DNA from: Veleropilina oligotropha | Lineage: Eukaryota | DNA: 64,000 bases | NCBI GenBank assembly: GCA_048128005.1 | Contig: JBEUKZ010000054.1 | Location: 1,240,001 to 1,304,000 of the forward strand | Reading direction: 5' to 3' | Shown: positions 1-12,289 of the stretch, one piece after another | Layout: each line of letters starts with the position of its first letter | Numbering within the stretch: the first letter of the stretch is position 1 | Notes under the pieces: model-generated | The model's input: the letters and a program-made list of their open reading frames with translations, nothing else | Told to the model about the DNA's origin: nothing | Databases searched by the model: none | Made by a program: the position numbers and the translations under genes

Positions 1-1439
1 AAATTCGCAAAAAGTCACAAAGGGAGGCATTTGATATGTTATTCTACATAAAATTACGCTTCTAATGGTACCAAACATGTCTGCTTGCTAATTTATTCCG
101 GGTTCAACCCTAATTCACTCAGACTATAAGACGCTCAATGAATTGCGTCATCACACACCAAACGATCACCACTAAAACCACCATGCGAAGATATAAGGAG
201 AGCAGAATTGTCGTCCTTGTATAGGTATGTGATCACGACTTCCCTCCCATGTCCAGCCAATAACCATTATTTGTCCGACACACGATAAATAATAAAACTG
301 GCATGTTTATAAATAAGGGGAAGTGATTCTAACTGCCCGGCTGTACGTTCTAGATAAAAATTGGTGTCCGCCATGCGGAACCGTGTTGTGATTTTTATAA
401 ACAATTCGTACATTTACCTCCCTATTGTCGATACTGGTGAATGCATGTCTAACAAGTTTATACATACAATATGCGGTCAGCCATTCAGACGGTCTATCAA
501 AAGAAAATAGAACCGAGGAGAGCATAAACAGAGACTTAAATCGATTTTTTTAATTTGGTTTAGATACTACGTTGATTCAATTATTTCATTCCTCCATAAC
601 ACGATTTAAAAAGAAGTGTTTTATAACATCTAGGCTTAATCTTTTGTGTAAAGCTTATATTTATGCCCTCTGGTGTAGTCTTGGTTCATCTGATAAACCT
701 TAACTATTATCATCATTGTTGTCTTTTCATGTAGGCCTAAACATTTCGAATACCTGAATCATCACCTCATATCACCCCCAATGACAATGTTGTGAAGTGG
801 GGTGCTGTAAGTTTATCCGCATATGGTAATTTTCTCAATTCATCTAAGGAGTTCCACAGCATGTTAGACAGCTTTTACAAGACATGAACCCTAAGCTTGC
901 ACTGCATATTCTAAATGCGGTCTAAGCAAGTTCTGCTCTATATATAGGCGTGTTCGGAAGGATTTGGATTTAAAAGTAAAGTTACGCTTTATTATTTTCA
1001 ATTTTTATTCCGTTTTTGCCAATGCAGGTCATGCAGGTTAGTACCACCAAAAAATGCATATGTTTGAATGAGACAAAAAATTTAGTGTCAAAATGCAGGA
1101 GGGGATCGAGTTTCACACCGTTTCACACAGTTGATAGTATATTTGATGAAACTTGGACCCCCTTTTCAAAATCCTGGATCAGCCCCTGACCACTGATCCC
1201 ATGGCGGTAAGACATCGCTAACACCACAACCCGTGTAATTGGTTATATCTAAGCGGTGCATTATTTTGACGCTCGCGATGGCACGTGCGCGTTGTCAAAT
1301 ATCGATCACCTGACAAACTTATCGTAACTGATCATATCGCCAAGTAAATGCGGCCATCTCCACTCGAGTTATATTTGTTTTTGCTGAGAGCTACCATTCA
1401 CTTGTCATCATATCAAACAGATAACTTGGCTGCAATTCT

Positions 1440-2055
1440 ATATTAAATATTTATTGTTACTGCAAAATCAAAGTAAGAAATTTAAATAGCAATGATGAAA
1501 GTTGAGCGATTAGAGTATGCTCGAAGATATAATGGAATTGCCAGTAAACTTGTCTTTCCTTCTCTGACGTATAGAACAACAACTGTTGAAAGATCAATAT
1601 AAGTTGTCGAGTGACTTCGCGGTATAATAAACACGTTGCATTGAATACCGAATGACGGTGAATCACGAAGAGCTAGTTTAACGTTATAATTATTAAGGTA
1701 TTCAATGCATTGTGTTTATCAAAACGTTGCTGGACAACGTATTTTCTTGCCTTTGCAACGCTAATCTTACTAAACAAACTCATGACTTGGCTCATAACAC
1801 TGTCACGTTGTTATTTATAATCATAATCGTCATGTCTATGCATTGAAAATGGCAATATTCATTCACTAACAGACCACAGCTGCAGTAGCGCCTACTCAGG
1901 GTTGTTCAATGAGAACATTTTGATTGACAAACGACGTCACAACGAATATGACATCAGCTGTTGTATCAGCTTTCATTTGGGTGGGGTTTGTCATTAGTTA
2001 ATAAATCGACGTCAGCCAATCAGAAGAGAGGATTCACGGCAAAAGCAAGATAATA
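1440..2055 (-). mobile_element. Non-autonomous DNA-transposon-like dispersed repeat, copy 1 (related to 61020-61430)
   Basis: Its reverse complement shares blocks with 61020-61430, e.g. ATCTTGCTTT-GCCG-GAATCCTCTCTTCTGATTGGCTGAC and CGGTATTCAATGCA...GTCACTCGACAACT-ATATTGA. Boundaries are approximate and the superfamily is not determined. Confidence 0.55.
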
Positions 2056-2444
2056 CTTGGTCACCTGGCGAAGGAAGTGTACGTATTAAACACATGGATA
2101 TTACACCCGTCTATCGGTATACTACTGCAGGAGGTCTACAACTACGAGCATCGGGGATACTTTCGTCAAGGGGACAAACTGAAAATAGGTTGTGCTAGTT
2201 TGGAATTGGCCATAGTGATTCTTAACATCGTATTCTGACAGCGAGCAATCGAAAGCGCCATCTGGCGAAAGACTAACAAAGCTCGATTGCAGGCCAGTAG
2301 TTGGTCACGTGAATACGGAACACTTCCCAGGGAGAGATCTCCAAATGACTTATTAAGATAATTGCCCCCATAAAAAACAACACAGTTGTCCAATAAACAA
2401 CATCATCATCATCACGTTCGATGTTCAGTTAACATACCCATTTG

Positions 2445-2557
2445 CCTATATATGGCAGATGAACTTATATATGGCAGATGAACCTATATATGGCAAATGA
2501 ACCTATATATGGCAGATGAACCTATATATGGCAGATGAACCTATATATGGCAGATGA
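2445..2557. repeat. Minisatellite, 19-20 bp unit CCTATATATGGCAGATGAA, about 6 copies
   Basis: Tandem copies are directly visible. Confidence 0.95.
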
Positions 2558-3629
2558 GGTATGAACCTGGTTGGTAAAGCGGGTATGCATCGTTTAAAAC
2601 CGAACATTGGGGACATGTCTTGCCATATTTCACGTAAACAATGGGGTAAACGTGTTTGTAATTATATAGCACGTACTAAAGACTTTCAAGAGAAATTCAG
2701 GGTGCAACTTTTACCCCAGTAACGTGATTCTGCTGCGAAATGCAAAATATTCAGAAATTAAATGACATTTAGCCCTTGATTCCTTTTACTGACATCTTCT
2801 CCTTCGTGGCTATGACAAGTATAATGTTTAGATTTATTGCCAGGGTTTAATAATATGATTACTTTAAGTTGCAAGAAGAGACGTTGTGAAGGGTGTACTT
2901 GGTTCGAAACTACCAAATAAAGATCCATAGAAACGACAATACTCAAATTCACATCTGTTCAGCAAAATGTATAGTCCGTGGCGGTATACAATTCAGCAAC
3001 AACAATTCAATTCGTTTATTGAGCTTTAAATATGATACATATTTATACACAGTCATTCTCTTTCGAACGCCATGCGAGAGAGAATGGAGAACTTTTCATT
3101 CCGTCTGAAGACGAAAGAAGACCAAATAATTGATCAGATTGATTAATAGTTACGATTAAGTGATTATTTTACAGCAAGATACATGTATACTTATTAAATC
3201 AGTCTGCCTTTATAATCTAAAAGATTGACGTGATTAAAAGGCTACACGATATATAAAACTATAACATGGACAGTGCGTGCACGATATACGTTTACGATTA
3301 GGCCGTATATATAGGTGTGCATTACAGGGATCTAGTACCATTTTCATCGCATCTATTATTCACAATGTCCATTTTGTTATAATTTGGCCTCGTGCAGTTA
3401 TCAAGTATCAAGCCCCAGGATGCATCCATTACCCGAGCAGTCTAAGCAACACAGATAGTTATTTAGATATCTGAGAAAAATACAATTCCAACGATTATAG
3501 CCTTTACTATAGCATCATGTACTGTCTGATCAAAAGTGCCAATGTTGCCGCCACCGTGTAGACAAAGAGCATTATTTTCCATTGTTCAAACCATTTGAAA
3601 CAAAGTGGAAATTACGCCAACGAGCTAGA

Positions 3630-3788
3630 AAGGAAAGGAAAGATAGATGGTTATAATGTCCTGTATATTTCTTGAACAAATGTCATGTCCCAACCGAGGT
3701 TCGAACCCACTACTGTTCGCGTCAGTGGAATCGGGCCAGTGATTTTCAGAGTCTGCGACCGAAACCACGTGACTGTGGAAGCGGTCCA
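3630..3788 (-). mobile_element. tRNA-derived SINE, internally deleted copy with 11-bp TSD
   Basis: B-box-like GGTTCGAAC and a (TTTCC)n tail on the minus strand. Flanked by AACGAGCTAGA at 3619-3629 and 3789-3799. Similar to the copy at 52872-53085. Confidence 0.8.
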
Positions 3789-5109
3789 AACGAGCTAGAC
3801 TAGACCTCCCGACGATAAGCTATCATATTATACAAGACAATAATTATACCTAGTTCACCAGTAACCGGGCAGCGATCCCTTCCATATATTTGCACATGCA
3901 TACATATAATTGTATTACGTGTTTTCTACATATTTCGAAAGCTACCTTTTGTCAATCCCATTGCTGTGTTTTGACGTAAATAAAATATGTATTAAATCAA
4001 AATAATGTCAATATAAAATATTGATAAACGTGGTCGCAAAACCGGTAACCACTTCTTCAAACGTCACTGCTGTTCTTCATGAAATTTTGGGTTGCTGGGA
4101 CTATGACTTTGATTACAGTCGACCAGCTGATAAGATTCTTTGTCAAAATGCGATTGATCTTAGAAAATCAATAACATATATAATATTGAAGGAATAAATC
4201 CAATAAACAATAGGTTTATCAAATTAAACTGTCAATTTATCGTAAAGTTTCTAATGTACTCACTAGTCGTTTCAAATATGAATGTATCATTAAATACGAG
4301 CTATAGACATGATAATATCTGTCTGTATTAATGCATATGAAATAAATGTGTTAATCGTTAGTACATATATGTCTTCGTGTTGACCATGGAGAGTGCGACA
4401 GAGTGGCCAGAATCGCGTATGAGACCAATACCGAAGTATTTTCTCTTCTGTGTGATCCTTCTAACCTAAAACTCTTTTCTTGTGGTGCATCGCCATCTTC
4501 TGCGATGGTCAATCGTATGTAATGTACTCATAATGTTTGAGGTCAATTTCAATTATTAGGTTCTGGATTTTCACACGATTCATCTTACCATTGGCGGTAG
4601 AACTAGACTGTCGGCATCCTCTTCTATCGGTAATATTCGTCATATTTCTTTATTTGATGTAGCAGTTTTCGTCGCTCCTTCTATGGTCGGACACCTATGG
4701 TCGTTCCTATGGTCGGATTCCTATTGCAAGCAACTAAAGTATCATTTTCCACGCCAAATTGAGTTCATTAAATTTTATTCATCCCAGATATTACTTTTTG
4801 GTCATTCGTCTCCCGACGTCATATATATAACGTTATACGTATACACTCCATACCTTGCTTGAGTTTGCAAAACAGGGACTAAATGTTTGGCTTGTATTGC
4901 CGGTGTGAACCGACAATTATCTCCCCGAGAGAGTGATGTTCGTAACTTACAAAAGATAGAATCACTTTAACCCTTTGCAGGCAGCTTCCATGAAATGCAC
5001 AACATAACAAATCATCATACCGCCTCGGTCGTTGCCCGGGATAAGAAAGACCGCGCTGTTCAGTCAGAGCTTCCGCCGACAGTGGCAAGTGTGGTAGGAA
5101 GCCACCACC

Positions 5110-7325
5110 ACCACCGACCACTGAAAGTGGAATGTCCATACTCTACTTGACTGAGAAGGGACCGATTGACCAGGATGACGAACCGCTGCTATGGATCTCG
5201 AGAAGGGTACTGCAATGGCGTCGCAGCACTGTGGGAAACACGGTCCTCTGAATCGGGTAGCCTCAACGACCTGGATTTCACATTCTTTTGGAGGGGAAAA
5301 CCTGTGAGATGAAGAAATTAGAGACTGGATTTGAATTGAGAAAACATTAGTTGCGAAACTGACCAAGATACTCCAGCCTGTGAGTGATCATGGCCACCGC
5401 TACGCACCGCCAATGACAAATGCCGATGAAACTGGGATCATTTATATAGCAGCTTAGGTGATGTGCAGTGTAGTGACAAGTTGATAATGTTGAGAGACGC
5501 CAGGATAGGAACAGATCGAAACAAATGGTCCAAGGTCATTGGCAAAGCAAACCACGGGTAGCTACAACTCTAACGGAGAGGTCCTCCTAGTTCTATGCTC
5601 CGAGTTCGAACTTGTCGTGACAAACACCCTGTTCAAGGAGAAGATCGAAAACAAGATACAACCCCGATCCAAACACTGGCACGTGTACTTGACTACATCA
5701 TTACAAGACCGCGTGACAAGACTGCAGACTTTCAAAGCAATAGGCTCATGTGCGGAGGTAACTGTTGGACTGATCACCGACTTCTGCGAACCAAGGTTTC
5801 TTTCAAGATACGCCAGAAGCATAGTAGGCAAGGGCCAACCAAACCGGCTAAGATGGACGCTGGCAAGTTGAGTATACTATCTGTTAAATGAAACGTCTTG
5901 AACATAAGATGATCACTGAAATGAATAACTGGGAATTACCAGTAGACTCAGCAATTGACCAGGATGGGAGACCTTACAACGGGTAGTGTACAACAACGCA
6001 TAGTGTGTCGCTGGAGAGCCGGAACAGAAACACCAAGACTGTATTGACTCCAATGACTTGAAGCTTCAGAATCGGACGGAAAGAAGAAACCTCGCGCATT
6101 AAACAATTTCCCATGCTGATATGTCATACAACTGATTGTGTACAACAATGCTAAGTCTGTCGTTGGAACGCCTGAACTGAAACATACTGGTTTAAAGGGT
6201 ACTACATACGAGGTATACAAGATCAACAGTGGCAGCGTACAATGACACCTGCAGACTTCTCCAGAAACATACCAGAGCGCTCAAGTCAACGTGGGGAAGC
6301 GAAGGTAAAGGGTCTACAGGAGGCAGCAGACAGGAACGACATGAAGATGCTCTACGGCGGACTCCAAGAAGTTTGGGGACTACAGAAAAAGGGCGCTGTT
6401 CATCTAAAGTTCGAAGATGTTCGAGAATTGTTTTCAGAGAGTATGAATGTAAACGAGAGGTGAGCCGGACATTTGGAACAGCTATTCAATGTTCTTGGGG
6501 AAATTGAGATTGCAGCGTTTGTCAAAATTGCGCAGCTGGGAGAGCTGACAATACAGAACGAAATACCGACAGTGACGGAGCTGGTTGAGGCAATAAACTT
6601 TATATCAGAAGGCAAAGTATCAGGATCTAATGGTATTTCTGCAGAAATCTGAAAGTATGGAGATACTGGTCAAATCAATAGGCCACATAGTCTTATCATT
6701 AGACCCCGAGAAGAGAGTGAAAGGAAAGGATCAATGCTTATAATGTCCTGTATATTTCCAACCATCATTTGGTTCAAAGCAGGATATGTACATAATAATT
6801 ATCGCGGGAGGAAAGCCCGGTCGCCCGGGAAAACCCGCTCTCTCCGACCAGTTATGAACAACTGAGATTCATAACGTGAACACATGTGTGATGTCCCTGC
6901 CGAGGTTGAACCCACTACTGTTCGCAATAACGGAATCAAGTCAGTGATTTTTGGAGCTTTTACCGACTCACCGAGCACACAGTACTACCAAAAACACAAT
7001 GTATTTTTCGCGCCAACATCAGTACGATGGACATGATGTTCTGTCTCCGACAATTACAATAAAGTGTATAGAGCAAGACAGACCAATGTATATGGTGCTC
7101 GTGGATTTCACCAAAGCCCTCGACAGGTTGGCAGAAACGATATGTGGCAACTGCTAAGAAAATATAGTTGTCATAAGAAATTCACATCAATGATAGAAAC
7201 ACTACTTACGGGAATGAATCATTGATGGCGTGTGCCAGTGGAACTGAAGGTCCAAAAACGTGTTCCCTGTTGCAAATGGAGTAAATCAAGGATGTGTCCT
7301 GGCCTCGACACTTTTTTCTATACTA
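5110..7325 (+). mobile_element. Degraded RTE/BovB-like LINE (AP endonuclease plus N-terminal reverse transcriptase), interrupted by a SINE
   Basis: Frame-shifted fragments: NSNGEVLLVLCSEFELVVTNTLF, PRSKHWH, LDYIITR, CWTDHRLLR, QEAADRNDMKMLY, KCIEQDRPMYMVLVDFTKA, NGVNQGCVLASTLF. These are typical RTE-clade motifs, with many stops and frameshifts. Confidence 0.85.
6720..6990 (-). mobile_element. tRNA-derived SINE nested in the RTE LINE
   Basis: Reverse complement has the family core GGGTTTTCCCGGGCGACCGGGCTTTCCTCCCGCGATAAT, the tail GGAAATATACAGGACATTATAAGCATTGATCCTTTCC and a tRNA-like head. Confidence 0.85.
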
Positions 7326-7639
7326 GTATTTCTATCTTTATAAATATAGGTTCAAGGCAGGACAGCCCGTCGCCCGAAAAATAAAAGAGTCACCCAAGTA
7401 AACCCGGCCTCCGCGGCCAACTGCAATTGATAAATGAACATATAGCATGAGACTCGACTCCACTCATGTTAGTTAGCGCAATCGAACCAGTGATTTCAGA
7501 GACGTCACTCGAGACCACACTCGCGTCAGGTGTGTGTAGCCTACCAAAATGGTATATTGTGGGAAATCCATAATACAACACATTATATTATATTCAATTA
7601 TATTGAATATATATAACAAATTAAAGGTTAAAAGAACTG

Positions 7640-9145
7640 CGATGGCCCGTCTAGATGTTAGAAACAATGTCTTAACAGCCTTAAATTATTCAAATCATTA
7701 ATATTGCTCATCCTGTCATATTCTTGTGAAATCTGTGGTCCCTTCAATCTAAGAGGGGATACTAGAAACAACTTGATTCAATTAGGTGAAAGAGTCCCTG
7801 GAGAAAGTGTATTATTATGTGTCTGTAAATATATTCTTGGAGTGAACCGAAAAACAACCCATGCTGCTGTAAGAGGGGAACTCGGACAATATGCGTTGAT
7901 CATTATCTTTTTATCCCATGCAGCTAAATACTGGCTCAAAATGTGTAGCCTTGATCAAGATCTATTAGTGTATAAAGCATACTTGCAGTCATATGCCCCA
8001 ATTACCGTAAATTATTGGGCAAGTCACATTAAGAATATCTGGAAAGACTTCAACCTTGAAACTGTTTGGCTCAATCAAGGAGCTAAAAATAAAATCAGAA
8101 CAGTTACTTTATTACAACACGCTGTGGAAGCAAACTTTAGGTTAAATTGGTCTAACTATATGAATAGGCATTCTGATATTGTTAATCTAAATTACGCACA
8201 TACCGGCTCTTCAAGAAAAAAATACGCACATACCGGCTCTTCAAGAAAAATGTTTGCATGAAAAATTATATTTTAAATTATAAAAATTATGTAAAAAGGG
8301 CACAATCCACCAAACTGCGTATCAGTGCACATACCTTCCAAATAGAAGTTGGTCGTTATACTATACCAAAAACTCCCCCTGAAAAACGTATTTGCGCCTT
8401 ATGTAAAACGCAATCTGTGGAAGACGAGAGGCATTTTATTATCCACTGCTCCCTTTATGACAAAGAAAGGGTTTCTCTTATCCAATCTTTAGACACTTTT
8501 ACTCCATTTTCCTCATTGACAGAAGACCAACAATTTTTATTTATTATGTCATCATGTAATAATGGTCAGTGCTCTTGTGTTAAATTTTGTGACGGAGTGT
8601 ATGCTCAAAAGACATCAATTTATGATGACAACCTCATGAATTTATACTTCACTATTTAAATAAAGGAAATTTGTGTTTTTCAGGTGAATTATTCAGTACA
8701 TGTATCTGTTTCATTCTAATAGGATATGCTTTTCAATAAATTGAGTTTGTCCTTTCACGATCGCAAGTATCATCCCGGTGAGACCTTCGTCCGCTTTGGT
8801 CGATGGGCTTCTTGTGGCTGGCGGGATGCGACATGACCGGTAGGTGTTCCGCAACACCACCTGGTGGTCATGGCGCGGCTTGACGATCTGGGTACGTCTG
8901 CAGGCTGGGGTGGGAGGGGTCTCGCTGGGAAGATTATTCGTGATGGGGTAAACTTAATTTATTTACCTAATCAAACTTTAATGAGCGTTTTGCTATGATT
9001 TATTCTCTATTATTATTTTTCTGTTTGTATAATTATTATCTGACCATGTTATGTTTTATTGTCTTTGTCAGGGTTTAATAGGGTTAAACCTAACCCTTAT
9101 ATCTACCTGTATGTGGATTTTGTGCTAAATAAATTGAATTGAATT
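7640..9145 (+). mobile_element. 3' fragment of a non-LTR retrotransposon (RTEX-like) with C-terminal CCHC zinc knuckle and 3' UTR
   Basis: ORFs 7704-8261 and 8258-8659 contain KYILGVNRKTTHAAVRGELG, KLRISAHTFQIEVGRY and RICALC...VEDERHFIIHC. A 24-bp duplication lies next to the frame break. AATAAA plus an (ATTGA)n tail at about 9127-9146. The clade assignment is inferred. Confidence 0.75.
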
Positions 9146-10008
9146 GTCTTGTACATTCACTGATTGTCAACCATTAAATGAATCCAATTAAAATTGTATC
9201 ACTTAATCAAAGGCAATTAATATGCGGCAGCGAGATGCTAGTATTTCATCAGCAAACCGTCATGGAAAAAGCCAGGAACTATTGACGTCGCAAAAAAACA
9301 ACGCTGAAGTCTCATTTCACGACTCATTTCTGAATCGCGTGATTCCAGATAAATCATAACATTGCCACGTGTTCTGATATTGGGCGAGCCCATTCGCGCA
9401 AGGTGCAAGGTAGGAATTTGGAATCACATATATAAGTTCAAAGTTATCTCATATACATTTATAAAATAAATACAGACATATGTTATCTCATATTTAGTTA
9501 CTTATTTACAGATATACAATTATATCGCCTACACGGGATATTTGACCTATTTATTTTAACCTGTTCACCCGGTATTCCATTCGTAATTATTTCATTGGCT
9601 GCGAGCATCCGGAATGCGCTCATTGAAGGTAGGGAGAATTAATCAATAAAACTTACTTTTACTTTTTAATGAACAAGTGCAATAAATTTTCACGGTACGT
9701 AACCATATATTTCTAATGGTATTGTAAAGAGTTTTACATTGTACTTTGTGAAACATTAACCATAAATACATCTTAAAAGAGAGAAAATGTCTCACAGCTG
9801 TCAGAAATCGCAGATAAATTCTCAATACAGATAATCAACATCAGAGCAGCGGTCTATAAATAACTCAAAACTCGGACGACTTGTTTCTTCAAACGCGAGG
9901 CGTGTGACACATGCTTGCAGTTACCGCCAAATCAGTGAAATAGTTCGATCGTGATTCTAAAACTTTAAAAACAGGTAACACGTATATAATTCATAGTGTA
10001 GAATAATA

Positions 10009-10148
10009 TCACGGGCCTTTGTCGCATGCCAGAAAATCGTTCGATCAATGATGCGCCCGGCCGCCTGGTATCTATTATATAATAGATACCAGGCGACCGG
10101 GCGCATCATTGATCGAACGATTTTCTGGCATGCGACAAAGGCCCGTGA
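10009..10148. repeat. 140-bp near-perfect palindrome without a spacer
   Basis: TCACGGGCC...TCTATTAT|ATAATAGA...GGCCCGTGA, with 70-bp arms and one mismatch. Confidence 0.95.
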
Positions 10149-10692
10149 ATAATATACAGAACATAATTATTTGTGTGACTTTGATTTGATTTTAACTAAT
10201 TTGTTGAGCGCGTGATCCTATAAAAAACATGGGCATTATCGCCAAATGATCATAATTCATTAATTGGTGTTTTGAAATTACTACTATATTTCTTTTGCGA
10301 TAGAATTGGTCAACTTAATTAGCAACTTAATTGTTATCAACTAATTTTAAAGATTTCATAATTTGGTCGGCCTTCATCTGTTCATCAGTAATTTTCAATT
10401 ATTTATTTCTCAAATATGTTTCAATTTTGAAGTTAGGGTTAGGGTTAGGGTTAGATGAATATAAATAATTTTGTTTTTAAAATGAAGCTGAACTGAAGGC
10501 GGGGCCGATATGATGTCAATTACGAATTCGTATCAATGTTAACCTCGTGTGATTGCTCTGCTTATCGGGAGTGGGTTCGACTCGTCTGCTGGTCATGATT
10601 TTCAATTACCAGTCAGTTGTCTGTACCTGCATGGTGTGGGCTTGTTTTCATATATCTAATTCTGTGTATGATTGGATCAGATCGATGCTTAA

Positions 10693-11100
10693 TCAGGTTG
10701 GGGAGAAGTCACTTTTCGGGATATATATCCCGTTTGGGATAGATATATCTAGATCTCAATCGGGATATAAATTATATCCCAATCGGGATATCAAATTTAA
10801 AAAAACGTTTTTTGCAGTCAAATAACAAAAATCTAGGAAATGTAAGTATATGAGAGGCTATACAGCTATATAAGTAAGTAATGCTATGAAATTGCGCCTC
10901 GATGGTTCTTAATTTCACGGCTAAAAATTGACGAAATGGGTTGATTTTTCTCCATTAAATTCAGGACCAGGATTTTTGTTACTTGACTGCAAAAAATGAT
11001 TTTCAAAATTTGATATCCCAATCGGGATATATTTTATATTCCGATTGAGATATATATCCCGATCGGGATTATATCCCGAAAAGTGACTTCTCCCTAACTG
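10693..11100. mobile_element. MITE with long terminal inverted repeats
   Basis: GGGAGAAGTCACTTTTCGGGAT at the left and ATCCCGAAAAGTGACTTCTCCC at the right. Arm similarity extends more than 100 bp inward. TTAA lies on both flanks (10689-10692, 11101-11104). Confidence 0.85.
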
Positions 11101-11134
11101 TTAATGTCATGTATATGTACAACCATTGGGTCCA

Positions 11135-11300
11135 TTTTATCGCGGGAAACAGGGCTCTCCGACCAGTTGCGAACAACTGTGATTCATAACTGAACAAATA
11201 ATGTCATGCCCCAACCAGCCAACGGACATTCGAACCCACTACTGTTCGTGTAGGCATAATCAAGTCAGTGATTTCAGAGTCTGCTACCAAAACCACATGT
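11135..11300 (-). mobile_element. SINE fragment (same family)
   Basis: CTCCGACCAGTTGCGAACAACTGTGATTCATAACT and TTCGAACCCACTACTGTTCG match the other copies. Confidence 0.75.
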
Positions 11301-12289
11301 AGGGACTGTATATTAATTGATCCAAACCGTATGGTCCTGATCCAAACCATATGGTCCCGACTCCTGCAAGATGTAAACTATAAGATGATATACGAGTGAT
11401 CGAAATGACATTGTGCATGTAGCGGCCTATATTTCATGACATTAATTGTGATGTACTACACATTTAAAACATCATTCCATATTTTTATGGGACAAACTAT
11501 TGGAGATTTGAGAGCCACATCAATTCATTTAATATTAAATTTTCCTGCATGATTATATATACTGAAATATTTTAATGTGTTGCTTTTGTCACTATTTCAT
11601 CATCACCATTTGAGATAGTGAACTTCGCTCGAATTATCAATTTTGCCTTACTGTGACTATTATTGACCTGTTTTAAGATTCATTGTAACAATATTCAACA
11701 ATCGATAATACGTTGCACGTATACATTGTATCCCGAATAATATTATATACAGTATATGATCATTTAATTTGATTTATACATCATGTGTAATTACTAGTAC
11801 TCGGCAGGTCAAATATGCGCTATGATTCTTCTTATATTCATATTGTACATTCACGGTTCACCGACTGCTAGCAACGCACGCTGGGATCAGATATGTCTTC
11901 TTCAAATTCCTCACGATCATTGACATAATTCATTGGGCGACTTACTGAATGACGTGTATTTTCAGTGAGTAGGTCCGGTATCCGTGATTTGTAAAGCTCG
12001 GCCTGTCCTGCATTCGCACGTCACTGTGTACTGCTCGTTGAACACTGGTAAACTATCCATTGTGGTGCAGTTTTCCGTCAAGACCTGTTCAGACTGAATA
12101 TCACGATGGCTTTGCATTCAGGTAAGTGTTCTAGGCTACAGGTAGTTCTTTGATCATAAAACATCAAACAAGGGCAATCAGAGGAGATTGAAAACCCTCG
12201 CCCCGGGGCTAAGGAAGACGATGATGAAAGTCAGATATATATACGATCACTATAAGTCTATTAAAATTTTCTAAACATGAATTACAATC

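Noticed and set aside
1..540. Right end of a TTAA-flanked DNA transposon
   Set aside because: The left end would lie outside the window, so no TIR pair can be verified.
4060..4730. Possible minus-strand exons (donor at 4584-4588, acceptors near 4502 and 4159)
   Set aside because: The upstream frame contains a stop, no protein family is recognisable, and I could not build a consistent model.
10433..10454. (TTAGGG)3 plus TTAG as a telomere or healed break
   Set aside because: It is too short, and such tracts are common inside invertebrate repeats.
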